DNA from: Phoronis australis
Lineage: Eukaryota > Animalia > Phoronida
Direction of reading: 5' to 3'
DNA: 64,000 nt
NCBI GenBank assembly: GCA_002633005.1
Contig: NMRA01000087.1
Coordinates: 1 to 64,000, forward strand
The translations under genes and the position numbers were made by a program. The notes under the pieces were generated by a model that was not told where the DNA came from, did no database searches, and saw only the letters and a list, made by a program, of their open reading frames with translations. How positions within the stretch are numbered: the stretch's first letter is position 1; the number at the start of each line of letters is the position of its first letter. Shown piece by piece: positions 29,101 to 42,300 of the stretch.

Positions 29101-32100
29101 TCTTTATTTTGTGGTGAAATTTTGCGAAAAGGAATTTCACTTGTTGGCCATATTGTGTGCTAAATAGGTGACGAATTGCCATAATATGTTGCCTTGATAA
29201 AGGTCTATAGTAAATGGCTGTCTGCTTTTGATATAATGTGATTTGTGCTTGTAGGTTCAATGCACCATGGTTCTCTAACCTGACCATTGTTGCCAGTAAT
29301 GATATTAATGAGGACACCATTCACTCTCTCAATCAACAGGTGAGTCATTCTCGTGTTGTGCTCAAACTTCTCAGTGTGTTTCAAAAGGAATTTTGTTTTG
29401 GTTTCAGAATACCTTGTAGAACAACCTACTGTTTCTATAAATCTTGTAAATATTGAGGCATTCCATCAAGTATTTCTACTTCTATGGTATTGCAATAGTT
29501 GTTCTCCAACTGTATTTCAATACTTGCTAAGTAACTGTTGAAATTGGGATTCATACAGTATTTTTGGAGGCTCACTGCATTTTCTCATTCTGGTAGTGAT
29601 TTCTCAGAGACTCTGCTTCCATTAATTACAGTACCTTTCTTATTGAGATTAAAATTTGTACAGGACATTTAAGACAGTACACTGTATTTCTCCCTATTTA
29701 GCTGGCTAAAAACAAAAATCGAATTAGGCATTTTGCTCTCATTAAGTCGGTCTCATAATAATACTTCCGTGATAGGATTACGTTTCTGTTAGCAATGAGA
29801 ACATTGAAACCATCAGTGACTTAAAAAAGCTTCATAGAACAAAACGCTTCAGACTGAACTGGAGTTGGCCAACTCTAAAATTTTTTATGTTCGACGTATG
29901 TCCCGAAAACAGTAGGTGCGTCGCAAGCTTCATTTCATATATAGAAATGAGACCGTATGTAGACGAAACAAAGGTCATTTATTATGACAGGTAACGGTAC
30001 AGAAATAAGAGTATAAAATAATGAATAACATAAGGTAATAATCTCTAGAAAGATGGGCAATAAAAAGTGCCTCAAGAGAATCTGTAAGACTGCTCGTGCC
30101 CCACGTACGCATTGCCTGTGACTTGAGTGGCTAATGGAAATGGAATCTATTATGGTAAAAAATATGAGGACACTTATTTGATGAGAATAAAATGCCTACC
30201 GTATTGGTGCGCTCTTAGGTCAGTTTATGTCTGTGCGAAACTGCGCTTGTATGTGAATCACTTGGGTAACAAAAAGACCGCGAAAAAGCATTTATTTGAA
30301 TATAGTCTCATGGACCTAAATGCGCGGCCAACGGTAATACAAAACTATTTACCAATTTTCTTGAAAATATGCCAAGGAACTCCAAATATAGAGAGGCAAA
30401 TGTAAAGAATTGCCATTAGGAGGCACAGCGGTAGTCAAAACGGGTGTGCCTATATGCGAATTAATGTATGGTCCTATGCAGAGGATGTTACCTGGGCTTA
30501 TATGCGAAACTTAGACGCATGCGCTAATATCCGAACCACTGGTTAAAAAGGCGGATATAGGTCCATGAGCCTAATGGCGCGGCAATACGGTAATTTGATT
30601 TTTGTTTTAGCCAGTTAAACAGCACGGAATGCAGCTTATATTCCAGTGGTGTGTTCCGACTGTTACAAACATGCATTCTTAATTCAGGATCCAGGGTCAT
30701 GACTGGGTTCCAGGTAAGGGTGAACATAGGGGCTTCTGATTCTGTAAACGTAGCTAGGCAAAAGTCAGCAAGCAGCAGGTGTGACTCCCTGGACCCCCCC
30801 TCGTGTCTGTACTTTAACATTTATTCATTCCAGGGTCATTCAATCAACGTATTTGGTATTGGTACTCATCTCGTGACCTGCCAAAAACAACCAGCTCTCG
30901 GCTGTGTCTATAAGGTGGGTGATCTTGGTGTATTAATCTGTTATTTCAGTATTGTCATTGGTCACAGGAAACAGAATTCACACCAGACAATCACAGCATG
31001 ACTACTCACCTGATTACTTTTCGTGTTGCCTCATTGTTTAAAATCCTGGAGAAGAACTGATGTGCAGAGTTACTGAAATTTTGTTTGGCAAATCTACCAT
31101 TTAGGACTTCTGTTTGAAGCTGTTTGGAAACTTTTTTCGCTATTAACATTATAATTTCATTTCTAAAGGACTGTTCACAATTATCGCCAGTTTCACAGGC
31201 ATACAAGCCGTGCACTTTTCACTCCCCCTCCCCTGAAAGCGTACAAAAAGGTGATATTTTTTATACAGTTTATGTTTTTGTATCAGTTCTGTTAAACTGC
31301 AAGACAATGTGCTTCAAAGTTAAATATCAGTGTTAGTTTTTATAGTGACGTTGTATACAGATAGAGCATTATATTTCAAATAATTCTTTATGTATTTTGT
31401 TTTTGCCTGGTTGGATTTTAGTAACATATCTGCTATTGGTTGTCTTGTTGTGTTTTATGTGAAAAAAATGATTAACGTCGACTTCTGTCAATTGACATCG
31501 CCATTGTTGTGATGTCAAAAGCGTACGCTAGCAGCCGTAGATACAGAGAGACATAGAAACTAGACATTCTGTTGTAAATAGCCATGGAAGTTTGCAGTTC
31601 ACTTGGCACCATGTTGTGTGGAAGCTCACTGTAAACAAACTAACATAGCTGTAGGTCTATACCGGACCTTGGTGTGTTAAATACAAAATACTAACAAATA
31701 GCAGCATATAAAAACAAAAATATACTGAGCATTATTTGGGGGATACTTAAATTAAGGACTTGGAGGATTTTCATTTTAAAAATATCCCGAAAGTGATATC
31801 ATCTAGTGAAATAGTACAAAAATACAGGCAATTTGGTGCCTATATTATCAAAATTGACCCAACAGTTACAAAGTGAAAAGTTTTTTATCAACCGGCTTGC
31901 ACTTAGTTCCACTCAAAAAATGGCCGCCCTGCTATTCGTATGCAAAATCTCGTGATAGTTAATCTCTGTATCTATGTTTATGCTAGCAACAAGCCCCGGC
32001 CCCTCCCCTCAAGGTTTTAATTTGTATACTCATGAATTTGCGAACGGTCCCATATGAAATCTTAATGTTACTACGCTAGACCTGTTATTCTAAACTTGAG

Positions 32101-35095
32101 TCTTAAACCAGCGCTGGATGGCAGACTGTAAATATTCACTGATCTGTTATGACTAGAGTAAACTATTACAAACAGGTGGAGTGCAGATTACATTTGGTCA
32201 GTGGATATTTGTTTGTCCATGTTAATAACTATCTTAAGTTTGTTCTCTGACAGCTGGTAGAGGTTGAAAATGAGCCACGGATGAAGTTAAGTGAAGACGT
32301 GGAGAAAGTGACCATTCCAGGCAAGAAGTCTGTCTACAGGCTGTATGGCGGGGATGGTAAGGGAAAAGGGGGTGTGTAAAGATCAGTCTACAGGCTGTAT
32401 GGTGGGAATGGTAAGGGAAAAGGGGGAGAATTATGTCAAGGTCTGTCTACAAGCTGTATGGCGGTGATGGTAAGGGAAAGGGGGAGAGATATGTAAAGGT
32501 CTGTCTACAGGCTGTGTGGTGGAGATGGTAAGGGAAAAGGGGGTGTGTAAAGGACTGTCTACAGGCTGGTAAGGGAAAAGGGGGAGAGATGTAAAGGTCA
32601 ATATACAGGCTGTGTGGTAGTGATGGTATGAGACATGAGATATATGTTAAAGGCCTGTCTATCTGATGAAGTTTGAAGATTGTCAGGGAGTAAGGGATGG
32701 GTATTTCTGATCCTTTTCCGTATTTTATGAACAGTTAAACTCTGCTGGTGTACCAGTCTTTTACACAGTCAACAGCATTTCAGCTTTTAGTTTTCTCACA
32801 GTCTCAGAGCGATGATGAAGGACTGAAAAACAAACACTTCAAGTATGTGATGTGGCATCCAAATTCTACCATCACATATGTGAGCCCAGTGCTGACCCCT
32901 CTTGACCACTGAACACCGTAGTGAGATTTACTTTCCCTCTCTAAACTGAGTGAGTTTTTTAGGTAATGCTCTCGTCGACCTTCTTCAGCGGCCCGATGAA
33001 GCAGTGCCACAACCAGGCAAGCGTGTGCTGTGTCGTCATCCGTTTCAAGAGTCAAAGCGAGCGTATGTGTCACCCGCCCATGTGGAGACTCTCTACAACG
33101 TCTGGTGGAAAGACGGCCAGGTAGGAATGTTGCTCTTTCCCGGCAGGTGTCACTAGAGGTTGCTTGTTTTTTGTTGTTTGAGGTGAAAAATAGTAAGACT
33201 TGAATAAAATTCTTCACTTTCATCAAAGATTCAAAAAGGTTTTGCGAATACGTTTTCTGACTTTTCAAGGCTCTATTTTTGCAGATTTGTCAGCCACTGC
33301 CAAGCTTGAAGGAATTAAGAGAACGAACGATGAAATCTCTGAATACAATCAGGCCAGACCACAAGAGAGTGTTGAACCCGACACCATATAAGGTATTTGC
33401 TTCTGTTATTTAACCCTTAAGTGCTGGGAATAAAAATGAACAATTTATAGTCTGCACAACTTCCGTAAGTGAGTAGGAATCCAATTATAAAAGGTTAGAT
33501 AAAAAATCAACAATATTGGATTTTGGCAATTTTTGTGGTTGAAAACACCAAGTTTTATATTTAGATCTTCTACATCTATAAAATTAGTCTCGGCTTGTTA
33601 CTTGGCAAGATTGGAAATGATATCTGACTGGATTCATGAAAACTGATAATTCGTTTTATGGACCGAATCTAATTGGGTCATCTCATTGGTGTAGCTACTG
33701 AGCTGGAGTTCCAGTCTCCAGCGTTTTCCGGGTTGGGTTGCGTAGACCCAATACTTGAGCTTGAATTTGTGGTGAAAAATCTTTGCTCGTGGAATGGAAT
33801 GCGTGAATTCTATCCCATAGTTCAACATTCCAACCTCACCGACCAATCACTTCAGTGGACACTATTTTGCTAGGTTAGGCTTGTAACCTCCTTGGCATAC
33901 TTGTGAAAACACTCGCTTGATTTTGCGTAGTCTTGCGTGATCTCGCTCTTCTCATAAGAAACTTGGTTTACGGATATTGCCCAGTTGTAAATGTGTTTCA
34001 TAATAATGTTGACGTGTCATAATTCACTACTTAAAAGTTCAAGGAAAAACGAAATTCTTAAACTACTAACTGCATGCATGGATTTCACTTTGATGTGTTA
34101 AAAAATGTGAAGTTAACTAAATTTTGGGCTATATTATAGTCATTATTTAAAAGGATACTGAACCCTGTTTTGAGAATTTCCACCAATCCTCGTTCTATCA
34201 CCTGTTAATGAATCATTGGCGTCAACCTTCCAAGTTAAAGGAAGGTATCAGCTTCTACTCCCTGTGTCACATATCGGACATTATGATCCTTGGTGGGTGG
34301 TCTTTTCCCACAGTTGCTGTGTAATTCCCTTAAAGCGTAGGTCACACTTGCCCATTTAGCAGACTTTGAAAGGAGTTTCAAATTTTCCTCCAAACTTCTG
34401 AGGGTTGTGAAGGGTTATAGAACATTATTTTGTTTCAGAGAACTTGATGGGAAAGTCATTTTTAGTATCTGCCAATAGGCTAAAACCGGATTTGCTATCC
34501 TTTTAACTTCAATTGATCGAAGTTAATTTCCAAAATGCTCAGGAAATTTGCCACATGTTCTCCTATGTCACGAGAAGCCAACCATGTTTCAGCTGGCAGT
34601 GGTTGACTAACACTGTTAGCGGATCAGTCGAAATACATTTTTCTGAACATTGTCGGTCAGCTCTATGTTCTTTATCTTTATTCCCATTGAGGGAATCTGT
34701 TGTTTCATTTACATACTGCGCATATTTATCAAAAATGTTCTCACTCGCCTTCTGTCTTATTAGTCCAGCATGCCTGCCAGTGATGCACAATTAGCGGAGT
34801 CAATCATGTACGACACAGGGAGGTGGGTATTTATTTCCAGCATGGCACTAGCGTTACAACATGGCATAAGTAAAGTATATTAAAAATCCAGATGACTAAT
34901 CTACAATTTTTTTTTATTGTGATATAGTTCCAGTGTCATCTTGTTATAATTCACTGGATCACAAACAGGAATAGATTGCAAGTAGGACTTTAATCTTTGG
35001 TTTTTGATTGGTTGCAGGTATCTGTGAGCGACAAGCTGTACGGCTTCATACACGACTTGTGGTTAGCCAATGCACCAATAGGGGAGCTGTCTTAA
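8161..35095 (+). CDS. NAPRT: Nicotinate phosphoribosyltransferase, 14 coding exons, ~555 aa (540 aa if the in-frame ATG at 8206 is used)
   Basis: Exons joined by hand, all GT-AG and in phase: 8161-8251, 14270-14440, 17231-17441, 18784-18914, 19859-19974, 23978-24062, 24809-24917, 26373-26513 (second copy 28335-28475), 29255-29339, 30834-30914, 32254-32356, 32963-33120, 33285-33392, 35018-35095. Total 1668 nt. Motifs: [44 protein letters not shown] (phospho-His motif), [42 protein letters not shown]. Confidence 0.96.
8584..9500. mobile_element. Non-autonomous DNA transposon with ~270 bp TIRs and TA flanks (Tc1/mariner-type target site), NAPRT intron 1
   Basis: 8584-8854 is a near-identical inverted copy of 9231-9500 (GGCAATG...CATTGCC), with TA on both sides. 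This explains the twin ORFs 8588+ and 9496-. Confidence 0.85.
19185..19276. repeat. ~90 bp palindromic mini-element family; other copies at ~8393-8495, 14038-14125, 21894-21948
   Basis: GATATAACATGCCCATATTTTGAGAACCAGTTT-loop-AAACTGGTTCTCAAAATGCGGGCATGTTGTATC. The loop is shared, in either orientation, with the other copies. Confidence 0.7.
20293..20870. mobile_element. PIF/Harbinger-type MITE
   Basis: TIR GGGCTGTTCCAGTAA ... TTACTGGAACAGCCC with perfect TAA target-site duplication. Internal inverted pair ACAGGCGCTTGA/TCAAGCGCCTGT. Confidence 0.85.
25136..28996. repeat. 1.9 kb direct duplication (25136-27035 and 27081-28996) across a 45-N gap
   Basis: Near-identical copies with scattered SNPs and small indels; both end exactly at the gap. 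Confidence 0.9.
28335..28475 (+). CDS. NAPRT: Second copy of NAPRT exon 8 (SGIPNF...GIRLDSGD...KVAE) inside the gap-flanking 1.9 kb duplication
   Basis: 141 nt with intact AG/GT sites. Differs from 26373-26513 only by synonymous changes (ATC/ATT, TTG/CTG). Probably the other allele. Confidence 0.8.
29692..30623. mobile_element. Older MITE with ~110 bp degenerate TIRs; right TIR interrupted by a second element
   Basis: Left end CCCTATTTAGCTGGCTAAAAACAAAAATCGAATTAGGCATTTT. Right end AAAATGCCTA [insert] ATTTGATTTTTGTTTTAGCCAGTTAAACAG. Related terminus at ~47649. Confidence 0.65.
30199..30590. mobile_element. Tc1/mariner (pogo/Tigger-like) MITE inserted at a TA
   Basis: TA|CCGTATTGGTGCGCTCTTAGG ... 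CCTAATGGCGCGGCAATACGG|TA. Confidence 0.75.
31527..31988. mobile_element. Degenerate MITE
   Basis: GCTAGCAGCCGTAGATACAGAGA ... TCTCTGTATCTATGTTTATGCTAGC inverted termini. Confidence 0.5.
32329..32660 (+). repeat. ~45-60 bp minisatellite derived from the NAPRT exon 11 3' end and donor site (~6 units)
   Basis: Unit TCTGTCTACAGGCTGTATGGYGGNGATG|GTAAGGGAAAAGGGGG...TGTAAAGG. Confidence 0.85.
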
Positions 35096-38000
35096 TGCTC
35101 GACTACTATCTCAGTTGCAGAGAAATTAGTGTCAGCTCTTGTGTGTTCCTACTTCTGCTTTGGCAGTTAGCCAACGCACCAATAGGGAAGCTGTGTTAGC
35201 ACTTGACTACGATCTCAGTTGCAGAGAAATTAGCGTCATCTCTCGTGTGTCCTTTTTCTGCTTTGGCGGTATTTCTGTGCGATTATGACGTCAGACAATG
35301 TCGTGCCAGTAATTATAAATGCTCGTAATGTTCACTAGTGACTACGGATGTCTAAGACTATTAAACAGAAATTTAATTAAACTGTTACTTCAACACTTCA
35401 CACAGTATTTGAGTTAATTTATTCTAACTTGTACTTACAGCTGCATAAGGATATCAGTTGCTTAGTACCTGCAACAGGTGATGAACTATATTGTACTCAC
35501 AAGTGCAAGTTTGCAATACTTGTCCTCAAAAGCGTCTTAAAAACTATTTGTATGTGGTGATTGTAATGGTTAGATACATGTGAATGTGTCCGAGGTCAAA
35601 TTTTATGTTAAGAATTTTTTCTGCATGACAGCTTTTTAGTGCTCTTTAGTGTCGAAACGTCAGTTCAGTTTTCTGGAAAATCTATTTGAATGAAAAAATT
35701 ATTGGTTTCATTCTCAGAAAATCATGCGAGTTCTGTCTAAAGGCAGTGATGACATCATGAAATTAAAGTTACATTGAGGGCTTATTTGTTGGTGAACTTC
35801 AAAGTAAGATATTGTGAAGCAAATTTTTCAGCTCATAATAGCACCTGTGATCTTTATTCCGACCACAGTATAACAACTGGGAACAAGTGTTAACTTGCTC
35901 ATGATAACATCCTGCTAATTTTATTCCAACCACAGTATAACATAAGGGAACTTTTTCACATCTCGATTTTCTGTGTGTGCATTGTTTAAAAATATACGAA
36001 AAAGCATGTTTGAAATTGGGTAGCAGGTTAAAATCATGCTTTGAAAAGGGTACGTTATGATTATTTTTATGCTTAGTTTTACAAAGTCTGTGTATATTTT
36101 GACTGACTAAGGTGTAGTTGTTTTAATCTTTTGTTATAACAGCCTATTGCTGTATAGTTGCCTTTGCTCGCTGTTTGCTGATTCCTGATATTTCTAGTCG
36201 TCTGTATTTTAAGCAATTTATGACAAGTGAAGTTGATTTACAGCAGTATGTACCAAGGGAAGTTTATTTACAATGTGTGTTAAATCACGTGTGGGCGAAA
36301 TGTTAGTAAATAATTTTATAGACCAACAATATAAGAGCTGTTCAGTTAGGCACATTATGCAGCCTGTAAGCAAATACAAACCTGGTGGAAAACTGCGTTA
36401 TATGTAAAATATAGTTTCAATGTAATGAAGTATTTAAAGCCTATCTTCAATGGTAACACTTGTAAATTTGGTTCCTACAGTATGTTAAAGCATCGCTCTG
36501 AGCCCACTAGTGCCATAAATTGCCAAATGTAACAAGCTGTTAGGTGTATTGGCTTGCTTTTGTCTACGTTACCGCAAAAATTGCCTTTTAATTCAAACAG
36601 CTGCGAATAACATCCACATGCAATGGTGTTCTATTAAGACCCCTATTCAATACAACTATTATTGGCCTGTTGTTGTTTGTTCTGGGATCTCGCGGTGATG
36701 CAACATGGCACAAATAGGCAGCTTCACCTATCATGTGACTTGCTTACATTTGCGTGATTGAACTTGCGTTTTCTTATTTTACCAAGGCTTTGCTAAGACT
36801 ATCTGGTTAGCCCAATACATCTAAAATAATAAAATTCTGCTGAAGTTAGGCTTTAAGGTACTTTAATTTATTATTTTCACTTTTGTCTATGCTATTTTGC
36901 TATGTAGAGTATTCTCACGACCTTTGGTGTTGTTTACTGAAGAGATATAGTCTTTACGTACCTGTAAAACTGTGAATCATGTTTTCACGATCAGTCAAAT
37001 TGTCATCCTTATAGATAACACAGTAAGTGACTTCCGTTTCTCAGAAACGACACATAAACGACGACCAATTTCCTCATGAAGTTAGTTACAGCAACAGGCT
37101 CAAGTGGGACCCAAAACACGACAGATTAATCCTTCTTATGGGGTTGTATCCAAATGGGGGACATTCGCGTCTTCACCGCAGCTAATTACCATATTGACAG
37201 ACACTGCTTATAGTTGTTATAGTGAACAATGAATTAGTTGGTCGGACAGGCAATTTAGGTACCGGGTATGTCAAACCCATTGTGTATATAGAGTTGGCTA
37301 ATTGTATTTTCTGTGAATTAGCAAAGAGACACTGTTCATTTAGAAATTCGGACAACGATGATTGTTATGTCACATATTTGTTGTTCCATTGATATTGTCC
37401 ATGATTAATGTTGACGGCAAGAAAAATTACTCGCCTCATGAAATTTCATTTTAAACATATTCTATGTTGCTGTGTTTCAAGCTGTGGTAATTGACGTGAA
37501 TTTGTGAAAAATTCCTGTCCACTGTTGCTTCATTCACAGGAGAGTCAATTCATTCATTCAGAGGTTAGTTTTGAATTAGCAATAACCTGTGTATAATTAA
37601 CGAATGGATGTTGTTCCGTCTCAAATTAATTTGTCGTAAAAATGAGCTTAACGTTAACACAATTATTTTAATCGAGTACGGCTCGACACCCTGTGTGATA
37701 CTTTTTTCACTGAACACACAAGCACGTGCTGCTAAACAGGGTCATTTTATTCAGTGAAAACTGGCTGTTCACATTGGTGCAACCTCCAAAGGCTAATGAA
37801 AATTCGACAAATTGTCATAAAAATTAACTACTCTTGCCTCTTTCAGGAAAAATGTAATATTCGATATTTGCCTTAAGTGTCAAGTGGTCAAGTATTCAAT
37901 TAATGGTAAAATCTCATCAATTAAGGAGACAATATGGCTCAGCTGAATTTTTATGTTCTCATTTACATATAAAGCACACAGTTAATGCGTTATAATATTC

Positions 38001-38460
38001 AAGTTTTGCGTGTCTACAATCACAGAAAATTTTGAAAACTTCTTGGCACTCAATGTAGCACCTCAAAAATGATAACAGAATTTTGGAAATTATTTTTTTA
38101 TGAAATTGGTGAGCATTTACCATATTTTATATTGTAACCAAAACAAAGATAATTCCAATTTACCCTGTGTTATGTCTAATGTGGTCACTCTGGGTGTTCA
38201 GGTATAAACCCAAGCCGTACTAGTTGTCAATATACTGTCTCATTTTGTAGCGCATTCCGCATGTTATTGCAAACATTTTGTTGTCAATCATTGGGTCTTT
38301 TTTGAGCTTGTATAATTTGCTTGTAGTTGTTATTTAAAATTTGTTTTGTTGAAATAGAGTGGATAACGGTGAAAATTTAGACAAGCGTTATTTTTTCTTA
38401 CAAATTTTGTGTATTTTTAAGTCCTTTTCTTTTATGTCTTTAATACTTAAAGATAAATGT

Positions 38461-38512
38461 AATAAATAATGAATAAATACTTAATGATGCAATGTAGTTG
38501 GTAGTGTTTATT
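38461..38512. terminator. Opposed polyadenylation signals of convergent NAPRT (+) and DNAJC27 (-)
   Basis: AATAAA at 38461 and 38472 on +, and TTTATT (AATAAA on -) at 38507-38512. Confidence 0.45.
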
Positions 38513-39321
38513 TTTAGAACCCAGGCTTTTCATCCACAGAAAAACATCACATAAACAAATATGTACAGTTGAACTGCATTACAACGAACCTTCCCTAAAC
38601 ATTTGTTTGACTGTATCCAGTACAGTTTGGTTGGGACTTGTAGAATGCACCATTATTAAGCCAACGGACAGTAAACCAGACGCACTCTGCCTGTAACACA
38701 GCTTGACTGCAATGAAATGAAGCCTTTGTATTTGAAAGATATGTAAATGTCCAGAATAGGCAAAATCACAGAAAGTTGTGCCAAAAATGTGAACAACCAA
38801 AAAATGCAAACTACAACGGTACCCCTTTACAACATGTTAAAAAAATGGAAGTCCCATTACTTACCCCAACCAGCACACAAGATATAACTAGAACCCAATG
38901 GAATGTTCTTGGCATTTCAAACAACCCGACATATAAAGTAAAATGATACATTGTATTTTCACTTGGTCAAACTAGCATATTAATCCCAGATATGAATGTA
39001 TATGAGTGCAGATATTTACATAACTCGAATGCATTTAGAAAATGCCCATTCTTACTGGCATGTTTCATTGAAAATAGGACATTGGACCTAAGAAACATAT
39101 GGAATGTACTTGCATATTAATCTTCAGAAAAAACAAATAAGCTATGGGCAACTTATAATATGACAGTAGTTAAAACCTTAAAAATTACATGGCATAAGAT
39201 ATTAACATGAAAACAGTTGATTCTCCACCAGTTCATGACTGCACCTATATGGCTGGTAACATCTGAAAATTTTTTGGCAGAAGGTGGACATTTACCCACC
39301 AATCACGTTAAAGTTGCAGTA

Positions 39322-42300
39322 TCATCTTGATGCGTTCTTCAGTAAAGAAGTCCTGGCAGTTAATAACAATTTGAAGGCCTCATCTGCCCCTGGAGCCACA
39401 TTTTTGTCAGGATGTAAGAACACCGACAGTTTCCTGAATGCTTTATTAATATCATCCCTGAAAACAGAATATCATCAGTGATGACAAAAAATAACTTGAC
39501 TTCAATAAAAAAATATCTCAAAAAGTAAAAGGCGTAACATTAAAATAAAAAAATAATTGCTGGCGATCTGATACACGTTGTATCAGACGTGCGCAGGCCT
39601 CGCATGTGGGCCCATTGCACTGATCACCTGGAAATATTTTTATGCTTTAATGATATATGGTTAAAACTGAGCTGAGGAGCTAGAAACCTGGCTCAAGGGT
39701 TTAGCAGTGTGACCTGGTGGGACTTGAACCCACGACCTCGAGTAAAGAAAGCGGGCACTTATCAACCAGGCCACACTGCCTCCTCTAAAGACGTAACATG
39801 AAAACAGCAGGCAATCATTCAGTAAATTTACAACTATTTTAATTCTGTAATTTCATTGTAAAAATCATTGGCTATAATTATCAAACTGCTGTTGTTATGT
39901 TTGAGGTAGCTTTATAGCATTCCCTTTTTAGAGACAAAGTATAGACAAGGAACAAGATGATTGGTCGATATTCTACCACTAAGCTCATGTGACATGTTGG
40001 ATTGAACACTTCTATAAGTCAAACTTACTTGGATGCCCCAGGCAACAAGCCTAGCCTTTCGTGATTGTCTTTGGAGTTTTTCAGCCTCTGTATGGCATCA
40101 GCTTGTTCTTTTGTATAGCCTAGTTGAGTCGTGACTGGTCGACGCTTTCCACCATTTTCGACTGCACCCAGCACATTCTCAAATAATGTCTGAAAGAAAA
40201 TAGGTTGTGAAATTTCTTCGCACAACTACGCATTACCCAAGTCATGTACAGTGAGACAACACCACAACACAACTACACATTACCCAAGTCATGTACAGTG
40301 AGACAACAACACAACACAAATATCCGTCGTCAAAACTCTGTTATGCGAATCTAAAAAACCTCTTGGACAAAACCGGTCAATAAGCAGTGAAAATTTTGAC
40401 TCAGTTGTATTCAATATCTTATTTAATAGCTGGTATAAATGCGTCAAATTGGCTTGAGAAAACCTTGACTGCATAGCCTCCCGAGGCTTATAACACAATA
40501 CTACACAAACACAAGTGCCATATAAGAAAGGTGTATTTCACAGACTAGTTAATAATGAATTAGTAACTATGGTAACACTTCTCCAGTTTGGGACAATGAA
40601 AATCAATTATTTTCTTCAAGGTCAGAGCNAGTGAGACAACACCACAACACAAGTCACGTACAGTGAGACAACACCACAACACAAGTCACGTACAGTGAGA
40701 CAACACCACAACACAAGTCACGTACAGTGAGACAACACCACAACACAAGTCACGTACAGTGAGACAACACCACAACACAAATATCCGTCGTCAAAACTCT
40801 GTTATGCGAATCTAAAAAACCTCTTGGACAAAACCGGTTAATAAGCAGTGAAAATTTTGACTCAGTAGTATTCAATATCTTATTTAATAGCTGGTATAAA
40901 TGCGTCAAATTGGCTTGAGAAAACCTTGACTGCATAGCCTCCCGAGGCTTATAACACAATACTACACAAACACAAGTGCCATATAAGAAAGGTGTATTTC
41001 ACAGACTAGTTAATAATGAATTAGTAACTATGGTAACACTTCTCCAGTTTGGGACATTGAAAATCAATTATTTTCTTCAAGGTCAGAGCTTGTACCAAGT
41101 TTTAGAAATAGGCAACATTGGCTGTCCCAAATTCAAGAATAATTAAGACCAACAATTAAGGATAATTCACATCAATGTTACACACTATGACGACGCACGA
41201 GCATGTTGCACTGGCGACTATTTTCAACAATTTTGTGAAATGCCAAATCCATTTTCAGACTCTGTTGATACAAAATGCAGTGTCCGATATTTGAGAAACA
41301 TGATGAACACCAAAATCGACCTTGTCCCAATCTTCAAAATCAAGAAAATACAATTCCCGGCTTGAATTTCAGTGTCCCACATTCTAGAGACTGTCCCAAA
41401 CAGGAGAATTTTTACCGTACAATTATCCAGTTATTTAAATGTGCAGCTGTTGTTCCAACAAGATGTGCATAAAACATTGTGCAAAACACCAACCTGAAAC
41501 ATTTCATTAACTCCTTCGCCTGTCTGTGCTGAAGTCTCAAAGTAGTGAAACCCTCTAGCATCAGCCCATAGACGACCATCTGACTCATCTACCACGCGTG
41601 GTCTTTTGTCCACCTGACAACAAGTAAATAACTGTTTAGCAAAAACAATAACATGACACCAGTGTTCTTCATGATCTCTTTTGAGATCAGCACGGAAATG
41701 TTGAAAGTACAACATAGAAATGAGAACAAATTGAAAATGAGCTTGATGTGGACGAAGTCGCAATTTTGGTTAGTCTTTACTATTCCAGCACAGCTCGACC
41801 TTTTTCTCACTGACAGCAAGAAACTGAGGCATGATCATGGGTCAATTACTTTTGAAACAAGGATGAAAACAACATTTGTGAAGGTGAAAAGATAATGTGA
41901 AGGAAAAGAATTTGGTATGAACGTACACTTGGTATGAACGTACACTTGGTATGAACGTACACTTGGTATGAACGTACACTTGGTATGAACGTACACTTGG
42001 TATGAACGTACACTTGTTTTTTAGGTATTACGTGCTTGATCTCAGTAAGGCTGTTTTGCTTAGCCACCAGTCGGGGAGAAATCATTGTTTGAGTTGGCAA
42101 CAAATCTATTCATTGATCTGCAAATGTTTTAAGTTTGCAATTAGAATTTTTAAATGAGTATAATTACTGTTCATAAATGCACACGTAATATTCCAACATC
42201 GAACTTAAGAACTGCATGACAAACTAGCAACATTTTCAACTGGGTTATAGTCTCGTGACCAGCTGGACTAAATATGTTTTTCACATGCGGGTAGACATAG

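Noticed and set aside
32804-33268. 154-aa minus-strand ORF, and similar antisense ORFs such as 17242-17457 and 54447-54725
   Set aside because: Shadows of real exons on the opposite strand.
41912-42013. 17-bp repeats (and 32-bp repeats at 40630-40780) as a CRISPR-like array
   Set aside because: Head-to-tail units with no unique spacers, no cas genes, and eukaryotic intron context.
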